The translations under genes were made by a program, and so were the position numbers. Source: Chthonomonadales bacterium (GTDB taxonomy: Bacteria; Armatimonadota; Chthonomonadetes; Chthonomonadales; Chthonomonadaceae). From it: a stretch of 21,892 bases of DNA. The first letter of the stretch is position 1. Each line of letters begins with the position of its first letter. This document shows, in pieces, positions 7,344 to 15,832 of this stretch. Location of the stretch: assembly GCA_038217285.1 (NCBI GenBank), contig JBBQPO010000073.1:1-21892 (forward strand). Reading direction: 5' to 3'. Under the pieces are notes generated by a model that saw only the letters and a program-made list of their open reading frames with translations, was not told the DNA's origin and did not search any database.

Positions 7344-8414
7344 TCAGTAGCGGACTTTGACAGGCTGTCCGGTGACAAGGCTCTCATTGGCCGCGAGGGT
7401 GACGAGGGTGGTTTTCACGCCGTCGGCGTGGGTGGAACGGATGCCGGTGCGATCTCCGCTCTTCACCGCATCGATGAACGCGCGGTCTTCCAGCGTAAAG
7501 ATCGTGTCTCCGACGGCCACATTGGCCTCGCCGCGAATCTCTTCCGTGCCGGGTTCGCCGTTGCGGTGCAGCAGCAGATGGTGGCCCCAGTCGGTGAACT
7601 TCGCCGTGTGGCTCGCCGCCCAGACATTCAGGAACACGCCCCCACCCTGCGGCGTAGAGCACGAAGCCATGATATTGCCGATGCCACCGCCCTCGAACTT
7701 CATCGCGACGACCATCGCGTCGTCGTTGGTATAGTTCTGGACGATGTTGGGCAGCTTCTTGTTGAAGCCGTTGGCAGCCACCGCCGTGACCTCCACCACC
7801 TCCCCCGCCAGATAACGCGCCAGATCGACGGTGTGAATGACCTGCTCCACGAACTGCCCGCCGCTCTTCTCCTTTACCGGCCACCACTGCCCGATGGGGT
7901 TGTTGGCGAAATAGTCGCCGTCACGCATCAGGGGCGGCCCGCCGATCCACGCGCCGTCCAGCAAAATGGGCGGATCGTTTTTGAGCAGATCCTTCACGCG
8001 GTTGACCGACTTACGGTAGCGATTCATAAAGCCCGCCGCCGTGATCAGGCCGCTGGCTTCCACCTCTTGCGCCAGCTTGCGCAGGTCTTCCGGATCGAGG
8101 CCCATCGGCTTCTCCACGAGGAAGGGGACGCCGGCAGCGAGACAGGCCCGCTCCGGCGCGCCATGCGCGTAGGTGGGGATCATAATGTAGGCGGCATCGC
8201 ACTGCGTTCCGGCCAGCATTTTGGCCGCATCATCGTAAACCGGGCCGCCACCGTACTTCTCCGACTTCTTCTGTGCCCGCTCTACGACGACGTCGCAGAA
8301 GGCGACCAGTTCCACATCCTCGAACTTGGCAAGGTTGGGCAGGTGCGATTCGGAAATGCCGCCGCATCCGATGATACCCACCCGGATCTTGCGGTCTGTC
8401 GTTGTGTCTGCCAT
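7344..8414 (-). CDS. Gfo/Idh/MocA family NAD(P)-dependent oxidoreductase
   Basis: RVGIIGCGGIS Rossmann motif, VEKP motif, GFMNRY, GGQFVEQVIHTVDL. GAGGAGG upstream. Confidence 0.95.
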   Translation of the reverse strand: MADTTTDRKIRVGIIGCGGISESHLPNLAKFEDVELVAFCDVVVERAQKKSEKYGGGPVYDDAAKMLAGTQCDAAYIMIPTYAHGAPERACLAAGVPFLVEKPMGLDPEDLRKLAQEVEASGLITAAGFMNRYRKSVNRVKDLLKNDPPILLDGAWIGGPPLMRDGDYFANNPIGQWWPVKEKSGGQFVEQVIHTVDLARYLAGEVVEVTAVAANGFNKKLPNIVQNYTNDDAMVVAMKFEGGGIGNIMASCSTPQGGGVFLNVWAASHTAKFTDWGHHLLLHRNGEPGTEEIRGEANVAVGDTIFTLEDRAFIDAVKSGDRTGIRSTHADGVKTTLVTLAANESLVTGQPVKVRY

Positions 8415-8553
8415 GATTGGTTTTCGTCCTCCTCATAAGGCGTTGGGCGCATTGCACCAGTGTCGATGCGCCTGCGAAGCTATGATTCGGTTTTCCTCGG
8501 CGTCCCTCCTGCCCTGTTTTCGCTTCCAGGCGAGGAGTCTTTCCGGCCGCAGG

Positions 8554-9948
8554 CTATTTCGGGGAGGGGGCGACGATGGGAGAGGCGCCGATGATGTCGT
8601 TGAGAATGGTGCGATTGGTGGTCGCGAGCAGGCCGACAAGCGCGGGCGTCGTCTCCGGAGTGAGCGTGTTCGGCGTTGGCTTGCCGTCCTGCATAAACTC
8701 CCAGGCCCACACCGCCGCAATCGGGGCTATGCCCAGCGGCATACGGATCATAAAGTCCTGTGTCCAGAGCGCGGGCTGCGCTTTCCCGTCCCGAACGAAC
8801 GTCTCCCCAAACTCGCCGACGAAGAGCGGCAGCGGCTTCAACGGATCGTCCCAGTTGTTGCAGGCGACCCGCGCCCACGAGAGCAGCACCGCATGGTCGT
8901 TGTCGGGCAGCAGCCAGGAGACGGCGGTCTCGTCCGGTTTCAGTGGATCAGGAGCGTACTGATGCACACTGACAAGATCGAGGGGCGGCGGGCTGAAGAA
9001 GCGCAGCATTTCGGCGTACTGCACAAACGAATCCCTGGTCCAGTCGAGGGGGAAATTGAGTGGGTCGGTGGTGGACTTGTGCGCGAGCATCGCCTGCCGC
9101 AGATGCCAGGCGGCGGGACGCATATCGCTGTTGCCGGAGGTGACGAGGTGTTTGCGGTCCAGCCGCTTAATGACCATGCCGATCTGCGCCAGAAACGCGC
9201 GTATCTGATCGGAGGTCGGGACTTCGTTCTGCGGCCGGGACTTCCACTGCAGCGAAAGATCGGCCTCCAGATTGTACTCGTTGCCTATCTCCCAGAAGAG
9301 CACACGCGGGTCGGTGCGATAGCGCGTGACGATGGCGGTGACATAGGCGACGGCAAGGCGATTGGAGGCCGTGCCGGGCGTCAGGTAGCCGACGACTCCC
9401 TCCTGCTGCCCCGTCTTGCGCTGCAGATAGTCCGGCAGCATCCGAATATTGAACAACAGAGACGGCACGATCGCAATACCGTGCTTGTCGGCGGCGAGCA
9501 CCATGCGGTCGAAGGCGGCCAGCCAGCGGCGACGGTCGGTCTCGAAAAGCCCGAACCGTTCCGGCCCCCACGTCGTTCCGAAGCAGCGCGCGAAGCGCAC
9601 TCCCACCCCTTGCGCCTCCGTCAGCATCTTCTCCGCCGAGGCGTCGTCGTTGGAGAGATAGCGCTCGAACAGGTCGGGGATATTCGCGCCGACGTTGCGG
9701 AACTCCAGCTTGCCGCGAAACAGTTGCGCCTTATCGGCACGGAGAATCTGCCGCGCCCGATCTACAGCCGGAGGTTTGACCGCCTTTGGCGGCTTCGGCG
9801 CGTTCTTCACGGTTGGCTGAGGTGGATTTTGGGGCGGCGGGACCGGCGTCTCCTGTGCGAACAGCAGGTGCGACAGCAACATTAATCCGCAGCCAACAGC
9901 GAAATGCCGCCCGATGCGGTAACATGAAAGGAACAGTGATCGATGCAT
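8554..9948 (-). CDS. GH5-like (clan GH-A) glycoside hydrolase, mannanase/cellulase-like, probably secreted; start uncertain (alternative ATG 9882)
   Basis: WEIGNE acid/base motif, SVHQY, VGEFG nucleophile motif and AAVWAW. Signal-like N-terminus and Pro-rich linker. Confidence 0.85.
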   Translation of the reverse strand: MHRSLFLSCYRIGRHFAVGCGLMLLSHLLFAQETPVPPPQNPPQPTVKNAPKPPKAVKPPAVDRARQILRADKAQLFRGKLEFRNVGANIPDLFERYLSNDDASAEKMLTEAQGVGVRFARCFGTTWGPERFGLFETDRRRWLAAFDRMVLAADKHGIAIVPSLLFNIRMLPDYLQRKTGQQEGVVGYLTPGTASNRLAVAYVTAIVTRYRTDPRVLFWEIGNEYNLEADLSLQWKSRPQNEVPTSDQIRAFLAQIGMVIKRLDRKHLVTSGNSDMRPAAWHLRQAMLAHKSTTDPLNFPLDWTRDSFVQYAEMLRFFSPPPLDLVSVHQYAPDPLKPDETAVSWLLPDNDHAVLLSWARVACNNWDDPLKPLPLFVGEFGETFVRDGKAQPALWTQDFMIRMPLGIAPIAAVWAWEFMQDGKPTPNTLTPETTPALVGLLATTNRTILNDIIGASPIVAPSPK

Positions 9949-10564
9949 GGAGTGGTTACCACCTTCGCCCAGAGAAAGGATTGACGCTCTGCTCCCAGTA
10001 TACGCCTCCGGGATGCAAAAACCCTTTGAAATCGAGGCGATCGCGCAACAGGAGTTGCAGAAGGATCGTCTCTTTCCCCTGCTAACGCCCGAACAGTGCG
10101 ATTTTTACATCCGCGCCGCGCTGGAGATTGGAAGGAGCGAAGCCGCCCCCTATGCAGGCCAGGGAATGCTCGGCCTCGCGTCGAAACTGGGAGCGGGCCT
10201 CCAAGAGGTAGAGGGCGGAAATGTGATAGCGGGATGCGACCTCTATGCCGAGTACGATGCCGGCCTCCGGCGCATCCGACTGCACCGGGCCGGGATGGCA
10301 CGTCTTGCCTTGCGCCTCAGCCAGACGCTTCCGGAGGCCGACGCCTGGCAGATCGCACGCGATCTGCTGATAGCCCACGAACTGTTTCATCATCTGGAAG
10401 CGACACGCCTCGGACCCGTGCATAGAAGGCTGCCGCCGATCGCCGTTCCCACGTTGGGTGGCTGCTGGCGGGTGCAGCGGCGCGTTCTGCGCACCCGGGA
10501 GATCGCGGCCCATAGTTTCGCTCACACTCTGCTCGGCTTGGTCGAGCGTTCACATCGAGGATAA
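9947..10564 (+). CDS. HExxH zincin-like protein (ImmA/IrrE-like metallopeptidase motif); start uncertain (alternative ATG 10013)
   Basis: LIAHELFHHLE followed by EIAAHSFA. Ends 7 nt before the permease start. Confidence 0.75.
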   Translation: MEWLPPSPRERIDALLPVYASGMQKPFEIEAIAQQELQKDRLFPLLTPEQCDFYIRAALEIGRSEAAPYAGQGMLGLASKLGAGLQEVEGGNVIAGCDLYAEYDAGLRRIRLHRAGMARLALRLSQTLPEADAWQIARDLLIAHELFHHLEATRLGPVHRRLPPIAVPTLGGCWRVQRRVLRTREIAAHSFAHTLLGLVERSHRG

Positions 10565-10571
10565 CGCGACC

Positions 10572-11780
10572 ATGCAGTTTTTGACTATCGCCCGTAAAGA
10601 CATCCGCATCCTCTTTCGGGATCGTTCCGCCATGATCTTCATCTTCGGCCTGCCGCTCATCATGACGAGCATCTTCGGCGTCATCTTCGGTGGTCGCGGC
10701 AAAGAGGACAGTAAGCCGTCGGTCAAAATCCTGGTCGCCAATCTGGACAGTGGCCCGCGCGGCGCGGAACTGATCGAGTCTATGAAAAAGATGGGCATGA
10801 CACCCGACCTGGAGCCGAAAGGGACGGCGGCGGTCGAGCAGAGGGTCAAGACGGGTGACCAGCCCTTTGGCGTGACGATCCCCGCCGATTTCAGCACCGG
10901 GCTCACGGCGGCCATCAAGGGCATGGCGGCGAGCGACCCAAACGCGCCGCAAGTCATTCTGAAGGTCCGCGTCGATCCCGCCCAGACGCAGATGGCGGGC
11001 ATCGCCGAAGGCGCTCTGCGTGCCGCCACGCAGCGCGTCTACGGCCCCCTCTATCGGGCGGAGGCGATGGCGCGTATTCCTGCGGAGTTCCGCCAGTTCG
11101 CCGAACAGAACATGCCCAAGGGCACACAGAAGCCGCCTATCGAGCTGAATGTTTCCAATACGGAGGAGGCGAAGGCGTCGGTGAAGCCCAGTCCCGGCGA
11201 CACGTTGATTCCGGGGTTCGCCGTCTACTTCGTCTTTTTCATGGCCAACGGCGTGGCGGCCACACTGCTGACGGAGCGGCAGGAAGGCACCCTGCGCCGG
11301 ATGCTCACGACGCCGGTCTCACGTTCGCAGGTCCTGCTCGGCAAACTGTTGGCGCGCGGCCTCATGGGCATGGTACAGACCTTTCTGCTCTTTCTGGTGG
11401 GGCACTTCTGGCTGAAACTCAGCCTCGACAGTTCGCCCTTCGGCCTTTTCCTGACCGCTTTCGCCACCATCTTCTGCGCCACCGGCCTCGGCCTGCTCAT
11501 CGCGACCATGGGCAAGACGATGGAGCAGATCCAGGGCATGACCACGATGGTCCTGCTGCTCCTCGGGTTTCTCTCCGGCACCCTCGTCCCGCGCCAGCTC
11601 CTTCCGGAGTCGATGCAGAGGCTCAGCCGCATCACCCCACACGCCTGGGCTCTCGACGCCTACCAGGATCTGATCCTGCGGCATCGCCCTCTGATGGCGA
11701 CGCTGCCGAATATAGGCGTCGTCATGCTGTTCGGCGTCGTCTTCTTCGCCCTCGCCCTCGCCCGCTTCCGCTTCGAGTAA
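10572..11780 (+). CDS. ABC-2 type transporter permease
   Basis: IARKDIRILFRD N-terminus, one TM, a large extracytoplasmic loop, ERQEGTLRRMLTTPVSRSQVLLGK motif and multiple C-terminal TMs. ATG 10572 has GAGG upstream. Confidence 0.94.
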   Translation: MQFLTIARKDIRILFRDRSAMIFIFGLPLIMTSIFGVIFGGRGKEDSKPSVKILVANLDSGPRGAELIESMKKMGMTPDLEPKGTAAVEQRVKTGDQPFGVTIPADFSTGLTAAIKGMAASDPNAPQVILKVRVDPAQTQMAGIAEGALRAATQRVYGPLYRAEAMARIPAEFRQFAEQNMPKGTQKPPIELNVSNTEEAKASVKPSPGDTLIPGFAVYFVFFMANGVAATLLTERQEGTLRRMLTTPVSRSQVLLGKLLARGLMGMVQTFLLFLVGHFWLKLSLDSSPFGLFLTAFATIFCATGLGLLIATMGKTMEQIQGMTTMVLLLLGFLSGTLVPRQLLPESMQRLSRITPHAWALDAYQDLILRHRPLMATLPNIGVVMLFGVVFFALALARFRFE

Positions 11781-11884
11781 CAACTCTCCAGCGAGAAAGC
11801 GCGGGCCATTCCGTCCCTATTACCCTCTTCTCGGCAAGGCCCGAATCACGCCCGCGCCACATATCCTGCCGCCGCGTCGGGTGA

Positions 11885-12108
11885 CTACTCCGGCCTATCG
11901 TCGTTCCAGAGGGCGATTACCGGCTCTGCGACGGGCTGGATAAAACTTGCAGGGGCTCGATTCCTTCCAGACGTTTCCGTAATCGGGTCGCTTCCTCCTC
12001 GCCATGCGCGGTTAGTGGAATATCCCTTCGGCCGGTATGCTGCCCCGTGACGGACCATGCCGTTTCGCCATGCCGCACGACATAGATCCTGGGAAGAGCC
12101 TTGCTCAT
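11885..12108 (-). pseudogene. Histidine phosphatase (phosphoglycerate mutase family) remnant with large internal deletion
   Basis: RBS plus ATG 12108 gives MSKALPRIYVVRHGETAWSVTGQHTGRRDIPLT...SSPSQ (RHG motif), with a stop at 11917. A family-like C-terminus EPVIALWND lies immediately after in another frame, ending at 11885. Confidence 0.85.
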
Positions 12109-12358
12109 CGTCGTTGTCTCTCCTATCACGAACGTAATTACGAATGCTTTGCACAGAGAAGGCAAAGAAGGAGACGCCAGCTGGCTCCCCTCGCCACCAG
12201 ATTATGAAATACGACCACCGTGGTCAGGGGGTTCGCCAATAACGCCCCCAAGGCGTGCCTCGGCAGAGTTAGCAAAAGAAGGAACCCGAATGCCGATGGC
12301 GAACTTGGGAAAAGTATTGTCTATCTATCGGGCGCCGATTCGAATGGAGAACGATACC

Positions 12359-13135
12359 ATGACACCACTGGCACAACCCGGCCCACTGTCTGAGGCCGAG
12401 CGGTTCATGTTCGATGTGACGGGCTACCTGGTCATCCCGGAGGCCCTGACTCCGGACGAAGTCACCGCCTGTCTGGAAGCGGCGAAGCGCCTTCATGCGC
12501 CTCATCCACCCCAAGAATGGAGGCAGATCGGCGTGGCTTACGAGCAGGAGTCCGCTATGGAGCCATTAATCGATCATCCCTCCGTGTTCCCGAAAATACG
12601 CGCCCTGTTGGGCGACTACTTTATTTTGCAGAGCAGTTGGTGTACCCTCTCTCCGCCCGGCTTCAAAGGCGGAGGCTGGCATCAGGACGGCTCCGGCGTC
12701 TACGAGTTCCGCCGCCTGGCGACCCCGACGCCGCTCGTGCAGTTACGTGTGGGGTTCTTCCTCACGGATCAGAGCGAGCCAGATATGGGCAACATGGTCA
12801 TGCTTCCTGGCAGTCACAACAGCAGCATTCCCATCCCAAAAGGAATTGCCGCCGATGCCCTGCCGATTCGTGACACTATCTGCGGCAAGCCAGGCACGGC
12901 ATTGCTCTTCCATCAGGGCGTTTACCACTGTGGAACCTGCAATCAGAGGGACTATCCCCGCTTCATCCAGCACATGGTCTACTCTCCGCCGTGGCTCGTT
13001 CCTTCGGACCGCATGGGCAACGATCCCGACTTTCTGGCGCGCACAACCCCACTGCGCCGAGCGTTGCTGGGAGAGTGGAAACGCCCGGAAGAGCCTTTCG
13101 GCAGGGGATATGTAAGACCCCCATTCGAAGATTAG
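12359..13135 (+). CDS. Phytanoyl-CoA dioxygenase (PhyH) family Fe(II)/2-oxoglutarate oxygenase
   Basis: FDVTGYLVIPEAL, WHQD (HxD), GNMVMLPGSH, distal H in YHCG and a conserved R. ATG 12359 follows GGAG. Confidence 0.92.
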   Translation: MTPLAQPGPLSEAERFMFDVTGYLVIPEALTPDEVTACLEAAKRLHAPHPPQEWRQIGVAYEQESAMEPLIDHPSVFPKIRALLGDYFILQSSWCTLSPPGFKGGGWHQDGSGVYEFRRLATPTPLVQLRVGFFLTDQSEPDMGNMVMLPGSHNSSIPIPKGIAADALPIRDTICGKPGTALLFHQGVYHCGTCNQRDYPRFIQHMVYSPPWLVPSDRMGNDPDFLARTTPLRRALLGEWKRPEEPFGRGYVRPPFED

Positions 13136-13273
13136 ACCACGGGTTTTTCCTCTCGATAAAACTCCGTCTCCCGGAGGATCACTTCCAACCCCTTAACAGC
13201 CTTCTTCTCCAAAGTAGTTCGGGATGAAGCACAGCAGGGAGCAGGGCTATCTTTTCGTGAGAGCAGAATGCTG

Positions 13274-13302
13274 TTGACGTCAAGCAACGGCCTTGTTATA
13301 AT
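13274..13302 (+). promoter_or_regulatory. Near-consensus sigma70 promoter
   Basis: TTGACG (13274-13279), 17 bp, TATAAT (13297-13302), with extended -10 TG. Confidence 0.8.
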
Positions 13303-13391
13303 GTCCGCGGTGCCGGTTCGATCTCCCTCGGAGGACCAAGGAGCTAAAAAGTGGGCGAAGGTGTCACCGCGAAACTACTTGCGTCGCGGCG

Positions 13392-14117
13392 ATGAACCGC
13401 GACGGCATGCTGCGACGCGTCTTCCCCGTCCCATTTCGACTACTGGAAGGCGAACAACAGTTCCAGAAATGGGAGTGGATCAGAGCGCAGGTATTCATAC
13501 CGCGCAATGACCATCGCCCCGAGAGTCGCCGCATAGATATCGACACTATCCTGCGTTTGAACGAAAAGGTGGGAACCGAGCGTGGATGGGAGGCCAGGAA
13601 ACGATTGGTCGAACCGCATGTCCTTGGTGACTTCGACACCCTGGAGCACCGGCGACAGTCTACCGGCGAAACTCTCGGATTTATTCGACCCTCGCGCATA
13701 CTTGGCCTCGAGATTCGTGTTGTCCGCGAACCGGAATGGACACAGGATGACCTGCAGAAGTTGTTGCAGGAAGGGCTGTTCGATAGTGAAGAAGTAAAGT
13801 CACGTCCGCCACTGGAGAAACTTGGACACGATTTTCATTATCTCTATGAGTGCGTCCTGCCCGATGGAACCTCAACGCAGTATCGTCACAAGATCGTAGA
13901 TTGGGAGGCAGGGCAGCTATACCGTCGCTGCCGCCATGACTACGGAACCCATTGGGAAACGGCGTTTCGAAAGAAGTACGAAACCGAGTTCGCTGCCAAA
14001 GATCTGATCTTCATGATGGGCACAATCCACCGATTTCCTGACCAATGGCTCATTATCGGTGTCCTTTATCCACCACTGCCCAAGATCCCGCTGCCACAGA
14101 TTCTTCTGGAGCTATGA
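13392..14117 (+). CDS. Conserved hypothetical protein of the type found beside DUF488 genes (possibly dual-OB-fold-like); 5' end appears disrupted
   Basis: 241-aa ORF with RRVFPVPFR, FQKWEWI, DHRPES, DWEAGQLYR and MGTIHRFP motifs. Family-like HRETTCVAA continues in frame upstream of the ATG. The family assignment is from recall, not a search. Confidence 0.75.
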   Translation: MNRDGMLRRVFPVPFRLLEGEQQFQKWEWIRAQVFIPRNDHRPESRRIDIDTILRLNEKVGTERGWEARKRLVEPHVLGDFDTLEHRRQSTGETLGFIRPSRILGLEIRVVREPEWTQDDLQKLLQEGLFDSEEVKSRPPLEKLGHDFHYLYECVLPDGTSTQYRHKIVDWEAGQLYRRCRHDYGTHWETAFRKKYETEFAAKDLIFMMGTIHRFPDQWLIIGVLYPPLPKIPLPQILLEL

Positions 14118-14129
14118 AATTGTGTTCGC

Positions 14130-14573
14130 TCAGAGCGCCGTGAGATGTCGCACTTGAATTCGCCCCTCCGACTCCGTACCTACTCTTTCCGCTACCAGGG
14201 AGCGGTGACAGCGCAATGGGTTCGCTTCAAAGCAAAGAAGGCAGCAACGGCTCTCAATCACACGGTCATACAGATCCGTGATAGCCACCTCTTGCTTATC
14301 CAGATACGCCATGAATCGCTCCAAGTACCGTGGCCAGTCGCCATCCTCACGGTAGTCGTGGCGAATGGGGCGTGGGCACCCAAAGCTCCGCAGGTGAATA
14401 TAGCATACTCCCTGCGCCTGCGCCTCTGCGGCGAGCACCGCCTTTGAGAAGCCGGGCTTGCGGCTGATCGGAAGTTCTCGAACGTCGATCAGCGTCTCCA
14501 CTGCCGCTTCTTTCAGTATCTGAAAGAAGCGTGGGGGGGTCAGCCCTTCGTATCCTATGGTCAGAAGTTCCAG
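14130..14573 (-). CDS. DUF488 family protein, apparent CTG start
   Basis: LLTIGYEG N-terminal motif upstream of the track start (14501), DVRELPISRKPGFSK, and CLLCFEANPLRCHRSLVA (CxE...CHR). GGAGG lies 9 nt upstream of CTG 14573. Confidence 0.88.
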   Translation of the reverse strand: MELLTIGYEGLTPPRFFQILKEAAVETLIDVRELPISRKPGFSKAVLAAEAQAQGVCYIHLRSFGCPRPIRHDYREDGDWPRYLERFMAYLDKQEVAITDLYDRVIESRCCLLCFEANPLRCHRSLVAERVGTESEGRIQVRHLTAL

Positions 14574-14605
14574 TCCTGTTATCCTCCGTCTACTTGTTTC
14601 TATTC

Positions 14606-14614
14606 AGTATAGCA
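14606..14614 (-). promoter_or_regulatory. Putative extended -10 promoter for DUF488
   Basis: Minus strand TGCTATACT (TGn-TATACT) about 33 nt upstream of the CTG start. Confidence 0.45.
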
Positions 14615-14762
14615 GGCATAGTCCCTGTAGGACGTAGCGGCGCAAATAAGTTTTCGCTCTCCTCCCGACCGTTAGGAGGATTGCGTGAATCGGCGGTCTG
14701 CACCGATCCGAACAGTAACGAAGACAACCGATATGAGACGATCTGTATTTCCAGCGAATGTG

Positions 14763-15806
14763 TCAGAAGGGCCAGTAGCAGACCTGCTGTTGTTGGGCGC
14801 TGGCATCGGTGACATAGGGGAAGAAGCCGTGGGCACGGCTCTTTTTGTAGACCGCTTCGGCAGCGGTTGTGTTGGCGCAGTCGCCGACATAGTCCTCCGT
14901 TGCAATCCAAAAGGGTCGGCCTCCTGGGGTCAGGTGTAGCCCTTTCCAGGCCACAAGCTGCGACTCGAATTCGGCGTCGGGGTTCGGTGCATAGACTTCT
15001 TCATGGGAGATACCATCCAGCAAAGTGGGGAACGCCTTGCCGCAGGTCTGACCGAGACGGGTCACGTCGCTGGTCGCATTTTGCATGACGAACAGGAGCG
15101 TCGGAAACTTCTCGCGTAGCTTACGCACCAGATCCAGCCCGCCCTGCCGGCAGCCAGCGTCACACGGCCCGTTCTTATCGTTCGGGCCATGTTCGATGAT
15201 TTCGAGATTGTCGAAGAAGAAGCCGTCGATCCCTTGTGAGACGAGACGGGGAGCCACATAATCGATGATCAGGTGCTGATAGTCGGCATTGCTGACATCC
15301 ATCCAGGTCTCGTCAGCGTAACCGGTGTAGGCGCCCCGGTGGGCGGCCACGTTGTCGCGACCCGCCACGAACCCTGGCGGCGCCTGCTTCCAGTAGCTCC
15401 GGTACGTTTCACAGGCCCCAAGATTGAAGTAGCTGATGACGCGGTTTCGACCGCCTGCCTTCAGTTGCGTGATCTGCGCGGGCGTGAAGTTGGCCGCATC
15501 CGGATCGGCATCTATATTGATGATGTGAAACGTGTTTGCCGCTTTACTCAGGTCACCCATCTGCGCGGCCGAACCGTAGAACGACACCCAGGGGGCGGCC
15601 ACCGGAATCCCACGTCCCGAGGAAGCCGGATCAGGCGGTGCGGTAACGACCGGAGGGGGCAACGGATCCGCGATGTTGCCCGAAGACGGTGCGATTGTCG
15701 TGGGACTCCCGCAACCGCCCATGAAGCAGAGGACGATACCATACAACAGGGCCATCGAGGGGTACGCGCGAGCCTGTCTCCGGCCCCAGGCAAACGCACA
15801 TTTCAT
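14763..15806 (-). CDS. Endo-alpha-1,4-polygalactosaminidase-like glycoside hydrolase (GH114/PelA-like TIM barrel), probable lipoprotein
   Basis: VISYFNLGACETYRSYW, ETWMDV, GIDGFFFDN, VMQNA and SHEE motifs. Signal with GGC followed by a Pro-rich linker. AAGGAG upstream. Confidence 0.85.
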   Translation of the reverse strand: MKCAFAWGRRQARAYPSMALLYGIVLCFMGGCGSPTTIAPSSGNIADPLPPPVVTAPPDPASSGRGIPVAAPWVSFYGSAAQMGDLSKAANTFHIINIDADPDAANFTPAQITQLKAGGRNRVISYFNLGACETYRSYWKQAPPGFVAGRDNVAAHRGAYTGYADETWMDVSNADYQHLIIDYVAPRLVSQGIDGFFFDNLEIIEHGPNDKNGPCDAGCRQGGLDLVRKLREKFPTLLFVMQNATSDVTRLGQTCGKAFPTLLDGISHEEVYAPNPDAEFESQLVAWKGLHLTPGGRPFWIATEDYVGDCANTTAAEAVYKKSRAHGFFPYVTDASAQQQQVCYWPF

Positions 15807-15832
15807 GGGAGCTCCTTTCGACCGGAGGTGCG

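Noticed and set aside
9882..10013. Head-to-head 2-nt overlap of the GH5 and HExxH ORF starts
   Set aside because: Probably an artefact of longest-ORF calling; downstream in-frame ATGs (9882, 10013) leave room for promoters.
13268..13510. 80-aa ORF as the missing N-terminus of the 13392 gene
   Set aside because: It spans the promoter elements and shows no family-like sequence.
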